From Wickerhamiella versatilis (taxonomy: Eukaryota), in NCBI GenBank assembly GCA_030867685.1, contig JAQOWU010000008.1:1984001-2048000 (forward strand): DNA of 64,000 nt. The letters run 5' to 3'. Shown here piece by piece: positions 21,196 through 31,615 of the stretch (position 1 is the first letter of the stretch; the number at the start of each line of letters is the position of its first letter). Position numbers and translations under genes: made by a program. The notes beneath the pieces are model-generated. The model was not told the DNA's origin. It made no database searches and saw only the letters and a list, made by a program, of their open reading frames with translations.

Positions 21196-22875
21196 ATGGA
21201 GCTCGAGATACCTCGCCTGGATGAGACGCTTGGAATCAACAGCCTTCAGTGGAGTGCCGATGGTGTTTTAGCCATTGCAACACATTCAAATGTCGTACTT
21301 TATGTCCCTGATGCAATGTCACTCTTTACAAGGCATAAAACGGAATTCTCCAGAGTTCATATTGTTGACCTTGACTCTATTCCGCTTTCTCCCTATCTTG
21401 ACGATCATATGGCAAGTCTCGGAGCTCGTAGACCAATAACAGATATATCTTGGAGCCCTTCGGGTCAGACTCAAGCGCGAGGTTGTTTTCTTGCGGTTCT
21501 TTCGTCAAGGGGCGATGCGTTGATATTCGAGAGTCGAGGTAAGCCCACTCTTGGGACGTGGACTCTTCGAATTAATATATCTGAGCTGCTCAAATTAACT
21601 TCTGAATTACACTGTATACAGTGGTCAAGTAGAGTTCACTCAGATAAGTTTTGGCCGCAAGCTGTCCTAGCCGCTGGATCAGAAAATAAATTACATTTAG
21701 TGGATACGGGAGATAACTCTTTCGAGCCTCGTGTAGAGCCTGTAGAGCTTGAAGGTTCACCCGTTCTCCTTCGATGGAATTACCCTCGTCTGGCTATTGT
21801 TTTCTCCAATAATTCAGTCGCAGTATATGACGATAAGACCAAGCACATAACTCAGGTAATGAGCGGTTCAAGACTTCTCGTGCAAGATGTTTTTTGGGTT
21901 TCGGACCAGTTAATAGTTGTTCAACCAAATAAAATCACACCAGGCCCAGTGAGTTTCGACTTTGACTTCGCAGGACCTGCATTTGGTCTGACTTTCTCTG
22001 AAAAGCAATTTGCAATTTTAACACAAGATGCGAATATTTATTCATCTGATATGGACTTTTGGCGTCCGGTCATGGATCAATTAGCGAAGAAGAAACTTCA
22101 GGGGTCCACAACACGTTTAACTGGGTTCTCACTACATCCGTTTGGAGGATTACTTGCGATTCTATTAAATTCGTCACCCAGTAATGACTGGAGAGCACCT
22201 ATTCCTTCGCAGCTCTCCTCCAAATTGGTACTAATAGCGTTGGGTGGTCCCAGAGGGTGGTCTGTGATAGACGGTGCGCCATCCACCCTATGGCTCGAAC
22301 AAATTATTAGCCAGAATTCTGTTTTGAGCCTAAGCGAAGGGCTACAAGATGAAAAAGAGCCCTGTGTGAACTTTGAGCTTGCTCTCCGTCAGTTGGCTCG
22401 GTCATTAGACAAGCAGCGTTTCCAGCTCTGGAAAGGGGAAAAGGAGGCAGAATTAAATATAAGAGCACAGGTCGCATCACTTGTTGTCAAATCCGCTGAG
22501 TTGGATCCTTCGCTTATTGCTACTGATGAAGACAGGGCATGCGTTGCCAGCTATAGAACTGTCCTAAGCTACGAACAAGAAGACCAAGTTATGAAATTAC
22601 AAGGTTCCTTCTTTGAAGAGGAATTCATATTTAAGAATGCTGATGTTCCTGTAGAAATTGTCTCGGTTCAGGGTCGTCGCTGGAAGCGTTGTGCCTCTAC
22701 TTTACTTCCCATTCTAGGCATGGACACAAGGGTTTCTGAGGATGAACAATATACTTCGCTAACTCCAGAATCACACAATTCCCCTATAGTTGGTGCAATT
22801 CTACGAGCCTTTGACTATTGTATTTATACTGGCTCCAGATGGTATCTTCGCCAGTTCAACGATGAGCCTGTCTAA
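21196..22875 (+). CDS. TFIIIC 90 kDa (tau60/Tfc8-like) subunit
   Basis: N-terminal LQWSADG and WSPSG..GCFLAVL beta-propeller; C-terminal RWKRCASTLLPI..CIYTGSRW degenerate zinc-finger segment. Confidence 0.7.
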   Translation: MELEIPRLDETLGINSLQWSADGVLAIATHSNVVLYVPDAMSLFTRHKTEFSRVHIVDLDSIPLSPYLDDHMASLGARRPITDISWSPSGQTQARGCFLAVLSSRGDALIFESRGKPTLGTWTLRINISELLKLTSELHCIQWSSRVHSDKFWPQAVLAAGSENKLHLVDTGDNSFEPRVEPVELEGSPVLLRWNYPRLAIVFSNNSVAVYDDKTKHITQVMSGSRLLVQDVFWVSDQLIVVQPNKITPGPVSFDFDFAGPAFGLTFSEKQFAILTQDANIYSSDMDFWRPVMDQLAKKKLQGSTTRLTGFSLHPFGGLLAILLNSSPSNDWRAPIPSQLSSKLVLIALGGPRGWSVIDGAPSTLWLEQIISQNSVLSLSEGLQDEKEPCVNFELALRQLARSLDKQRFQLWKGEKEAELNIRAQVASLVVKSAELDPSLIATDEDRACVASYRTVLSYEQEDQVMKLQGSFFEEEFIFKNADVPVEIVSVQGRRWKRCASTLLPILGMDTRVSEDEQYTSLTPESHNSPIVGAILRAFDYCIYTGSRWYLRQFNDEPV

Positions 22876-23557
22876 TTAGAGCGGGCGGAAGCGGTGGACT
22901 TTGCAGAACCGCGCTTACTTCGATGTTCTTTGTCCACCAATTACTCGCAAAGCACTGCAAATACTCGGCGACTGTACACAACCAGTTGGGACTCTTGCGA
23001 GACCAAAGGTAGCGTGCCATGATGGCTGTAACAATAACGCAGATGTCATCCTCTATGGGTGCTATATTGCACCGTCTATATCGTACCGTCATATCCATTG
23101 GGTCCCCTCGGTGATTTATGGGCTCAAAACTTTCCATCGTGGCCAATGCAGGATACATGACTTGTGAACCTGAGACTCTGAGGAGTGAATGATCGCTTTC
23201 AACCCACCGTATACCATTCTTGCCACTGCTCCATTCCATTATACTATGATTCCATGGTCTTTGCCATTGGGGCTGCTCCTCAAGGAATAGAAAGTCAATT
23301 TTTGGTCTCAAACGTGAAAGTGTTAGTTTTGCTTGGACTTCGCCGTTAGGCAAGACGTAAATCCATCTTCTCGAACTACTTGTCTTTCTCAGTAAAATTC
23401 CAGTGAACCGAGAATCCAAGAAAATATTTATCCGTGTAGGTGATTGAGAAATTGCGGAAATTTTGACCTGAGCCATAGCACCCGGACGACGCTTGCATGG
23501 GAATGCTTTTGTCTTGCAAAACTTTCTTTTCTGCCTTGTCTGTCTTATTTTACGCAT
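22856..23557 (-). CDS. Hypothetical protein (alternative start 23476)
   Basis: 233-codon ORF filling an otherwise empty gap; no motif recognised; 3' end overlaps the neighbouring gene by 20 bp. Confidence 0.5.
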   Translation of the reverse strand: MRKIRQTRQKRKFCKTKAFPCKRRPGAMAQVKISAISQSPTRINIFLDSRFTGILLRKTSSSRRWIYVLPNGEVQAKLTLSRLRPKIDFLFLEEQPQWQRPWNHSIMEWSSGKNGIRWVESDHSLLRVSGSQVMYPALATMESFEPINHRGDPMDMTVRYRRCNIAPIEDDICVIVTAIMARYLWSRKSPNWLCTVAEYLQCFASNWWTKNIEVSAVLQSPPLPPALIRQAHR

Positions 23558-23691
23558 TGAGTTTCCAGATTACCTATCGAATACTTTTTAGATACGTACA
23601 TCTAGATAAAGTAACTTTATTAGTCATACTTAACTGTTCAAAAGTGAATATATGTACTTTGCAAATGGAAAATTAAATTCAAAAATAGCAC

Positions 23692-24537
23692 TTAGCGAGA
23701 ATTGAGAGAAAGATAAGTGTTCCACACAACCGAAATACTTGCCGAGAAAGGGATTTGGACGGCAGGCGGTATCAATAAGAAGTTCACAAATTGTGCAATT
23801 GGCCAGACACAGAAATTTATGCCCAATGTCGGAACATAACGGGTCATTAACGTCTCCTTGACAGATTCTAAACTCCCATTTTGTACCACATATGATAGGT
23901 AAGACAGAAATGCAAAAAGCATAATTGGAGAGTAAAACAGCTGGTCGGCCAACACTCTTTGTACAACCACTATCAACTTGGCATCACGCGAATAAGCAGC
24001 ACGCAAAAAGTAATACCAAGGGCTCTGAACTACTGATATTGAAAAGCCCCAAAGACTGAATAGTGCTAGCCTGCGGAAATCAAAGTAAGATGGGCTTACA
24101 CTCTCTTCAGGCAGTTCATCTGTAGCATTTGACGGGAATGCCAGTCCAAGAGATTCCAAGTCATCTTCCTCCGCATCCAGGTTAATTCTTCTTCGACGGC
24201 CTTTGTCGTATATGTAACTGAAAAAGGCAGATTCATGTGTGTCCTCCAATGGCTGCCAATTAGTGACATTGCATAGAGTTTGGGCCAGGATATCGCTTAA
24301 TCCAAAAAGAGTCAAGTTCGTTAGTGCTGTTGTCCCAAGGCTCGATATTGCGTACCAAGTTTTAAATCGAAGGCTCAGATACAGAATAGCACAGGCGTAT
24401 GCCAGGATCAATACCCAATTGAGTATAGGTACCTTGTAGAAACGTGTTTCATAGACCAATTCTCTTATAATATGCCTGAAATCCTTCGCAGAATAGTCAC
24501 TCCCTGACCCCTGGAGCCAGAGCGGGCCATGTTCCAT
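23692..24537 (-). CDS. Mpv17/PMP22 family membrane protein (YOR292C-like)
   Basis: SDILAQ, FDFRRL, QRVLADQLFYSP, VWPIAQFVNFLLIP and WNTYLSLNS. Confidence 0.9.
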   Translation of the reverse strand: MEHGPLWLQGSGSDYSAKDFRHIIRELVYETRFYKVPILNWVLILAYACAILYLSLRFKTWYAISSLGTTALTNLTLFGLSDILAQTLCNVTNWQPLEDTHESAFFSYIYDKGRRRRINLDAEEDDLESLGLAFPSNATDELPEESVSPSYFDFRRLALFSLWGFSISVVQSPWYYFLRAAYSRDAKLIVVVQRVLADQLFYSPIMLFAFLSYLSYVVQNGSLESVKETLMTRYVPTLGINFCVWPIAQFVNFLLIPPAVQIPFSASISVVWNTYLSLNSR

Positions 24538-25170
24538 CAAGGTCCCTTAATTCGAGATATGAATAAGCACTTCCAGCTAGGCGGGTTGGCTATCTTGCCC
24601 CTCTATCCAGATCGCAGTTCATCTCAATTATTATTTTTTTTTGCCAGTGTAAGAATTACAGAGTTATATTAAGTTCGATTGACTGTTTTTGCTTCGGCCC
24701 TGTAGTAACCAGGTCAAGACACGGCCTAGTTGGTTCAAACCCGACTAACATTCATGTTAACTTGGGTTTCCTCATACCTCAGAATGTAAATACCTTAGTA
24801 TAGATAGATACACGTGGTCTGGAATGTGATTATTATTGAAATCCATGTGGGACTCCATCATATCCTTTTGCATCAGTAACTCAATAAGTTCGCCTAATAA
24901 ATAGTTAGTACGATTTTATGTAGCTATTATAGTTAAAAGATTGTCAAGAAACGTGTATCACAAATGTATGGGAATATAAACAAGCTTAATCCTAGCAATC
25001 ATGTACAATCTTCATACCTAGCCCAATTATGATAGTCCACCGCAATCCAACGGTCTTAGGTCGTGATCTCAGAGCTAATCTAATTTATTTTTCCTCTTAG
25101 ATTCCAAAAAAATTTCTTTTTACACTTAAGTGTGGAGCATTTATCTCCGTTCTGACGAGGACGTTAAAAA

Positions 25171-25198
25171 CACGTGATATCCCAATTGGGACATATCA
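25171..25198. promoter_or_regulatory. CACGTG box plus Mcm1-like palindrome CCCAATTGGG upstream of CDC5
   Basis: CACGTG at 25171-25176 and a perfect CC-N6-GG palindrome at 25181-25190. CDC5 is an Mcm1/forkhead target in S. cerevisiae. Confidence 0.35.
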
Positions 25199-25259
25199 TA
25201 ACAAACCTCATCTCTATTTACACACACAGCAATCCCTGTAGTAATCTTACTCGAGGGAG

Positions 25260-27308
25260 ATGGATGCAGTGCGCCCATCATCGCGACCGCTGGGTCAAGT
25301 AAACGAAAATCGTCCAGCACCTAAGAAAAAGGTTAAGCCTTCAAGTCTATGTCTCACGCCGCCAGCGTATATCCATGACAAACAAGGACAGAGCTATCGG
25401 CGCGGACTATGTATTGGCGAAGGAGGATTTGCTCGTTGCTTCCAGGTAAATGATGGTAACGGAGAGCTATATGCTGCTAAGACATTGGCGAAGTCTGCAC
25501 TTCGGGAGGAGAAAACCCGGAAGAAGCTTATATGGGAGATCAAAATCCATCGAGCTTTGCGGCACCCAAACATTGTTCAATTCGTGGATTGTTTCGAGGA
25601 TACCACTAATGTCTACATTTTGCTAGAGATGTGTTCAAATAAGAGCCTAATGGAGGTGGTGAAACAGAGGAAGCGCCTGACAGAGCCGGAAGCTCGCTTT
25701 TGGCTTCTGCAAATCTTAGGAGGTATCAAACACATGCACAGTCGTTTAATTGTTCATCGTGACCTCAAGCTTGGGAACATATTTATCGATGATAACATGA
25801 ATCTCAAAATAGGCGATTTCGGGCTTGCTGCTTGTTTGGTTGGAGAAAGTGACCGTAGAAAAACTGTCTGTGGTACACCTAATTACATCTCTCCTGAGAT
25901 TCTCTGCAGTCCACATTTTCACTCGTTTCCTACTGACTTGTGGGCGGTGGGAATTATAATGTATGCCATGCTCTGGGGTAACCCTCCATTCCAAGAGAAG
26001 GATGTCAAAGTAATCTATAAGCGGATTAAGGAAATGGATTGGGGCTTCGATTCCACAATTCCGGTCTCAGATGATGCCAAGGACTTGGTCTCAATGCTTC
26101 TCCGCTCTGACCCTAATGAACGGCCGACTATTGCAGAAATTCTGGACCACAAGTGGTTTTATTCTGGTCCTTTTCCTTCCTCTATTCCTAATTCTGCGCT
26201 GAAGACTGTCCCCAGGCTGAGTGTGACACCAGAGGACTCTAAGGTGAACCTTCTTGCGGCCAAGGTCGCGTCCGGTCTTTCCCTCATTGAGCACACCGAG
26301 CCTGTTGAGGGAGTTTCTGCAGCGGAGGTTTCTGGTTCCACCAGAAAAATTTTGCCGCAGTCTATTTCACCGCAGGGTACTCGCGATAAGTACCGCATGA
26401 TAGTTGTTCCTGGTGCAGAGACACCGCAGGTTCCTGAATACGACAGTCCAGTTGTTGAAAGATTGAGACGGCGTGGTGACGATCGAGAAAATTATGAGCC
26501 TATAAGAGCACAGCGTACTTCTACCGCAGCGGGGTCGATGCAGCAAAACTATCGTGTCCCATTGCAGACGAATTCTCGAGCCATGCAGCCTCCGACCTAT
26601 CAAGGGGCCCAAATGGAAATAGACGTCGGATCAATTGTCAGTCAAAGCTTGACGGACACAAAGCTTACTTTAATGAGGAGCTTGCGAAGCTTTTCACTCG
26701 GGGCCTTTAGCTCGACCCAGTCATACCCTAGCTTGAAAGCCGCGAAATATGTTACGAAATGGGCGGACTTCGATGACACTTGGGGACTTGCTTACGGCCT
26801 AACCGACGGAGGCGTAGGAATTAAATTCCGTGATGATACCAGTATGCGCATGGATCCGTTATTTGATACATATATGTATTTTGAGCCCTCCCGCCGGAAC
26901 CGAGATAAATTCCTAAGATATCCAACCTCAAGGCGCACAACTCATCCTAGTCGCCATAAGAAAGTGGAAGTATGCCGCTTTGTTTGGCGTTATATGGAGC
27001 AGCGTCTCGGACAAGCCAGTGTACCAGCACGGGTCCCGGGCGACTGCTCAGATGGTGTCTTTATCCACTCATTCTCAAGGTCTGATGAGTGGATCCGCTT
27101 TGTTCTAAGCGATGGTACGATCCAATTCAACTTTAGGGACCATAACAAAGTCGTCCTGGGCGACAAAGGCCGAAAAGTCACGCTGATCACTGACGATAGG
27201 CAAGAAGTGACATGGCCACTTGAAGAAGCCCTTTACCATTCACGTATGCCGCAAAACGCCAGATTCAACCTAAGTGCCAAGTTCCAAGAGATTTGTGATG
27301 TTTTGTAG
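25260..27308 (+). CDS. CDC5: Polo-like kinase
   Basis: IGEGGFARCF, HRDLKLGN, TVCGTPNYI, and polo boxes (YVTKWADF, LSDGTIQFNFRDHNKV). Confidence 0.96.
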   Translation: MDAVRPSSRPLGQVNENRPAPKKKVKPSSLCLTPPAYIHDKQGQSYRRGLCIGEGGFARCFQVNDGNGELYAAKTLAKSALREEKTRKKLIWEIKIHRALRHPNIVQFVDCFEDTTNVYILLEMCSNKSLMEVVKQRKRLTEPEARFWLLQILGGIKHMHSRLIVHRDLKLGNIFIDDNMNLKIGDFGLAACLVGESDRRKTVCGTPNYISPEILCSPHFHSFPTDLWAVGIIMYAMLWGNPPFQEKDVKVIYKRIKEMDWGFDSTIPVSDDAKDLVSMLLRSDPNERPTIAEILDHKWFYSGPFPSSIPNSALKTVPRLSVTPEDSKVNLLAAKVASGLSLIEHTEPVEGVSAAEVSGSTRKILPQSISPQGTRDKYRMIVVPGAETPQVPEYDSPVVERLRRRGDDRENYEPIRAQRTSTAAGSMQQNYRVPLQTNSRAMQPPTYQGAQMEIDVGSIVSQSLTDTKLTLMRSLRSFSLGAFSSTQSYPSLKAAKYVTKWADFDDTWGLAYGLTDGGVGIKFRDDTSMRMDPLFDTYMYFEPSRRNRDKFLRYPTSRRTTHPSRHKKVEVCRFVWRYMEQRLGQASVPARVPGDCSDGVFIHSFSRSDEWIRFVLSDGTIQFNFRDHNKVVLGDKGRKVTLITDDRQEVTWPLEEALYHSRMPQNARFNLSAKFQEICDVL

Positions 27309-27409
27309 CTACACTCAGCAGATATACCTATTAAATGACTATTTTTTTGTGAAATCCTCTGTTTAGAAAATTGAGTATTTATCATAGCAAGCTAACTTCA
27401 AAGTGGACC

Positions 27410-28429
27410 TTAAGCACGTTTTCCAAGCACCCTGAATCGTTTGACTCCCCCGTCTGGGATCATTACCAGCTTAACATGGGTTATGGGCTCTTCAACATCA
27501 ACATTAAAAACATGCTCAGCATCTGGTCCTGTTTTACTCCGGGGCACAATTGTCTTCCATTGTTCTTCCTTGGCCGCGCTTGCCGCAGCGTTGCTTTCAG
27601 CTGATATTCCCTCAACCCGTACACTCTGTGGGAAATTACCACGGAAGAAAGCGGTATCAACGATGATCTTATCAATTATAGTAGAGGCCCCCAATTTCAC
27701 AATTGCCCAGTCAACGTGGCCAGGCTCTCGCGACCTGGACGTCTCCCAGCCATCGCTCATGTCGACACCCCGTCCAGGCAATAGCAGGTTGTCTGCACTT
27801 GAAAAATGCTGGTCAGAACAGGATATGGCCACTCCTCCATTAGCAATAGATGCCATATCAATAACCTCGGATTTCAGAGAGGGATATACTGGTATGGGCA
27901 TTCCATACACCCTGAAACGTGCGATACCGCCATCAGGATACATATGAAGTTTCACGTGAGAGAACCCACGTTGAGTTGGACCGGCACTACGCACGAAAAA
28001 GTGTCGCTGCGAAGGTCCACACTCATTCTTGGCGATGACTTCTTCAAACTTTGTGTCTTCTGTGACTGGCTCACCAGGTGCACAGTAGCAGGCTTCTACA
28101 CTGATTGCTGGAGCATGGTTTCCGCTGAAATAGGTCGTATCTACTTCAACGGCTGCAATGGTGGATGAGGTGACTCCAAGTTGAATGAGAGTCCAATCGC
28201 TAGGCTCGGGGTTATGACGGCGCGTCTCCCATCCATCGTACCATCTGCCAGTAGGGACAAAACGTACTTCATACTTTGGTGGGCCCGGGGTAATAAGATT
28301 TGATGCTTCAGCAAACCACTCGTCACTTGTAGATAGCACCCTGGCTCCGAGTGGCCGATCACTCACATTTACAAACTGAGCAACAGCTTTAGAAAATTCA
28401 TCCTCTGAAACACGCTGGACAGTAGCCAT
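27410..28429 (-). CDS. DAL2: Allantoicase
   Basis: Duplicated domain with DGWETRRHN / DGWETSRSR and PDGGIARFRVYG / PDGGVKRFRVLG. Confidence 0.96.
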   Translation of the reverse strand: MATVQRVSEDEFSKAVAQFVNVSDRPLGARVLSTSDEWFAEASNLITPGPPKYEVRFVPTGRWYDGWETRRHNPEPSDWTLIQLGVTSSTIAAVEVDTTYFSGNHAPAISVEACYCAPGEPVTEDTKFEEVIAKNECGPSQRHFFVRSAGPTQRGFSHVKLHMYPDGGIARFRVYGMPIPVYPSLKSEVIDMASIANGGVAISCSDQHFSSADNLLLPGRGVDMSDGWETSRSREPGHVDWAIVKLGASTIIDKIIVDTAFFRGNFPQSVRVEGISAESNAAASAAKEEQWKTIVPRSKTGPDAEHVFNVDVEEPITHVKLVMIPDGGVKRFRVLGKRA

Positions 28430-28698
28430 ATTACCTCCTGCTTCTGTGCAAAATAACTGTTTTCAGACTAAGTAAATGGTAGGAGGTAGTATAATGTATA
28501 TATATACCCGGACGTGTGCGCTTATCAATCAGCTCCGCGGATGTTCCGTTATGTCATGAAGGCAAGATAGTTTCTTGTAGCTATTAATGCTATCAAGTAA
28601 AGAGAAAAGATATCTCTCTAATTCGGATCCCGCCCTAAGTAAGTAGCAGCAGCATCATGTTTTCATAAGTATAATTTTTTATAAGTCAGCGGATAAAA

Positions 28699-29358
28699 AT
28701 GTCAGATGGGCGAACTCCAGCCTGGAAACGTGCTGGTCTCACTCAGAAAGCAAAACCCGCTGAAGTATACAACCCGATAGCCACTGGCAATAAAAGGGTT
28801 TCTGATGATGGACCAGGTACGGGAACTTCCAAAACAGCACCTAAACGCCCGAAAATTCCTAAGTCTGAGCGCGGTCCACCACCAGAGCCTGATCAACTCG
28901 CCTATTTGCGTTGTTATCATGAAAATAGGGACAAATGGAAGTTCTCCAAGCAGAAGCAAAATTGGATCATTCGTCAAGTCTGGGAGATACCTGATGAGTA
29001 TAGTGAAGCCTTGCTTGTATACCTTGAGGGCCTTCAGGGAGCCTCGCGACCACGCCTAGTCGAAGCATCCTCGGAAATAATAAGCCGCTGGAACTCTATC
29101 ATGACAGAAGATTCCGATTCCGAGTCTGATAATGAATCTGGCAAGGAGGAAGACACCAATTCTGATCGCGGGGAACAGAAATCTGACGATAAAGAAGACA
29201 CTAAGGAAGAAAAAGAGGAAAAAGACGCGAACGACGAAACCAAAGAAAGTAAAGAAGACAAAGAGCAGAAGCCACTGACCCAGAAAATGGCCGAACGGGC
29301 TCAACTCATCGTAGAGAAACTTACAGGATCTCGACCTGAGCTTGCATCCGCAGAGTGA
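28699..29358 (+). CDS. WKF-domain protein (YCR016W-like)
   Basis: PAWKRAGL N-terminus, WKFSKQKQNWII and YLEGLQGASR. Confidence 0.85.
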   Translation: MSDGRTPAWKRAGLTQKAKPAEVYNPIATGNKRVSDDGPGTGTSKTAPKRPKIPKSERGPPPEPDQLAYLRCYHENRDKWKFSKQKQNWIIRQVWEIPDEYSEALLVYLEGLQGASRPRLVEASSEIISRWNSIMTEDSDSESDNESGKEEDTNSDRGEQKSDDKEDTKEEKEEKDANDETKESKEDKEQKPLTQKMAERAQLIVEKLTGSRPELASAE

Positions 29359-29465
29359 GTGAAGCTGGCTAAACTAATTTATATACTCATTTAAAAAAAA
29401 GATTTACACTAGCCTCAGTTCTCGTTAACATCACTTAGCTGGATAGCGTGGACGTCATCTACAGC

Positions 29466-29627
29466 TTAGTGCTTCTTGCCCGCGTTGGGGTTACGAGGGT
29501 CGTCTTTGAACTCTGGAGTGGCCGCTAGACCATCTGCAATCTTCGAAAAGAGCCAAAAGGTGGTTGCTGCACCAAGAAACATCGGCCACAGAGGCTTGGC
29601 GATTGGGGTCGGGTAGGCCTTGAACAT
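29466..29627 (-). CDS. ATP18: ATP synthase subunit j (53 aa, missing from the ORF track)
   Basis: Manual translation MFKAYPTPIAKPLWPMFLGAATTFWLFSKIADGLAATPEFKDDPRNPNAGKKH*, with the diagnostic PTP..KP.WP.F and EF.DDPRNP motifs. Confidence 0.93.
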   Translation of the reverse strand: MFKAYPTPIAKPLWPMFLGAATTFWLFSKIADGLAATPEFKDDPRNPNAGKKH

Positions 29628-29957
29628 TGCCGGTTCTGACAAAGCGAATGATTGGCCAATATGTATACCTGAAATTATATTAATAATAGATTCATTGCAG
29701 TCTCTTTTTCCTGAGTTCCTTGATTTTCATAGCTACTCAGGTCTTTTCCGGCTGCGAGATAAAAGCCTCCAGTTTGAGTCGTATAGTCTTTCGAAGCAGG
29801 CTCTTCGATATAGAAGTGGGGTTACATACAAAACGTACCTTCCTTTTTGTTCTTCCTAATTCTAGTCACATATGTTATATTCGTATAGTAATGCTCCATC
29901 GAAGACCTCTCACCTCCATAAAAAGCTTGGTGCAAGTGTCAATTTAGGTCGATCCAC

Positions 29958-31586
29958 TTACTCTGATTTTGATGCTGCAGCCTTCTCGAGTCCATGCCTA
30001 AAACACTCTAAAAGCTCATCGACATCCTCCAGACCAACACTAACCCGTATAAGGTTTCTATCGACACCACATTGTTCGGCGAAGTCTAGCTCTGCAAAGT
30101 GCGCCACGATCGTATAGGGCGAAGCAAGCGTGAAGTTAGTTCCAAGACTTGGTCCCTTTGAAACCAGAATGGAATCAAAAAACACTTGGGCCTGGGAAGG
30201 ATCACGAAACACTATGGAGAAAAGACCACCATAGCCCCCATTGGGATACTTTATAGCATCATAATTAGGGCGTGACTCTGCATATTTCGGGTAGTACATC
30301 TTTGACACTAGGTCCGAGTTTCGTAGTAAATCCACTACTGCCTCAGCGGTAATATTGATCTGGTGACTGCGATCTGCAAAATCGCGGGAATTGCGCTCAA
30401 GATAAATTGCATCCTCTGGCCAAAGGCTATCAACATAATGCTTGCCAAGTGAAGTGCGTAGTGCCTGGTAATGTGGCAAGTCAGGATTCAGTACAATATC
30501 ACCGGCCATGACATTACTTTCGCCACTAAAGAGTTTGGTTAGCGAAGAAACTGTGATGTCGGCATATTTTAGGGCGTCAACATTGACTGCATTGCCAATC
30601 GTATCATCCACAACCACAACAAACCCAAAAACGTCCGCCAACTCACGAAGTCGTGGCAGGTTTGGAGTTACCAAAAGAGGATTACTAGGCACCTCACAGA
30701 AAAGGCTGGATATCTTAATTGAGCCATCGCTCAGCCCCATTTCAAGTTGATCTAACTCACTGGCATTACCACGAGGGTAGAAAATGGCTCCCGGGCCCCA
30801 CTTTTGCAGGATTTTTAATGTGTCCGTATACGGGAAGCCAAAACACACAGCCTTGAGGCCTTTGCTTTCAGACTGACAAGCGTCCATCACAACCAGGTGT
30901 GCAGTAAAAATTGCCGTCATTCCCGTGGGGCACAAGTTCACATCATCAATAGATACGCGATTAGCGTATTTATTTAGCTCATCGGCAAGCCTCGTTCTTA
31001 CCGAGAGCTTGGCTTCGCTCGCTTTTGAAAGCGTAAGGTTACGTCCGAGCTTCTCTTCTACAAAAATTTCAGATTGTCTATCATCTGATTGCGTGGAGCT
31101 CTCCAGAAAATATTGTGCATGACGAGAACTGATACCCTCACCCGTGTGCTGCCAATATTGTTTCAACAATGGCATATACTGCTCTGGACATAATATCGCC
31201 CAAATTGTTGCTTGGAATGGGTCTTCTGATTTTATGGGTGACTTTGGAGGGTTGAGTTCTAGTATCCTCGGTCGGGCCCCGGGCTCCCGCTTTTGAACAA
31301 ACTCACGAGACCTTTTTGCTGCATATTGACTCCCGAATATCATAGCACATTCCCCTTTACGACCATAATTTTTGACAAGGAAATCCTGTAATTCCTCAAT
31401 TTTGAAATGAATCTTGAATCTAGGATAGCCTGACTTTATAGATTGATTAAAAGCCGGATCTTCCCCTGTTTCATACTTCACATTGTCATTCCATGTTGGA
31501 AAACTCACACTTACCGCATGGTCGCTATCCTCAGGGATGCTCACGCACGCCTTTGTCGGCGGCTTAAGATTCTGACTCTTTGACAT
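29958..31586 (-). CDS. STR2: Cystathionine gamma-synthase (fungal Str2 type)
   Basis: HAVSVSFPTW, GYPRF, YWQHTGEGISSR, SSLTKLFSG (PLP lysine) and KGPSLGTNFTLASPY. Confidence 0.93.
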   Translation of the reverse strand: MSKSQNLKPPTKACVSIPEDSDHAVSVSFPTWNDNVKYETGEDPAFNQSIKSGYPRFKIHFKIEELQDFLVKNYGRKGECAMIFGSQYAAKRSREFVQKREPGARPRILELNPPKSPIKSEDPFQATIWAILCPEQYMPLLKQYWQHTGEGISSRHAQYFLESSTQSDDRQSEIFVEEKLGRNLTLSKASEAKLSVRTRLADELNKYANRVSIDDVNLCPTGMTAIFTAHLVVMDACQSESKGLKAVCFGFPYTDTLKILQKWGPGAIFYPRGNASELDQLEMGLSDGSIKISSLFCEVPSNPLLVTPNLPRLRELADVFGFVVVVDDTIGNAVNVDALKYADITVSSLTKLFSGESNVMAGDIVLNPDLPHYQALRTSLGKHYVDSLWPEDAIYLERNSRDFADRSHQINITAEAVVDLLRNSDLVSKMYYPKYAESRPNYDAIKYPNGGYGGLFSIVFRDPSQAQVFFDSILVSKGPSLGTNFTLASPYTIVAHFAELDFAEQCGVDRNLIRVSVGLEDVDELLECFRHGLEKAAASKSE

Positions 31587-31615
31587 TTATGTGACGTAAG
31601 AGAGGCAAGGAGCAC

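Noticed and set aside
27410-28429. DAL2 as part of the nitrogen cluster or of a DAL cluster
   Set aside because: 11 kb away, separated by housekeeping genes, with no other DAL genes adjacent.
29620-29947. Short ORFs between ATP18 and STR2
   Set aside because: No recognisable motif; probably promoter or terminator DNA.
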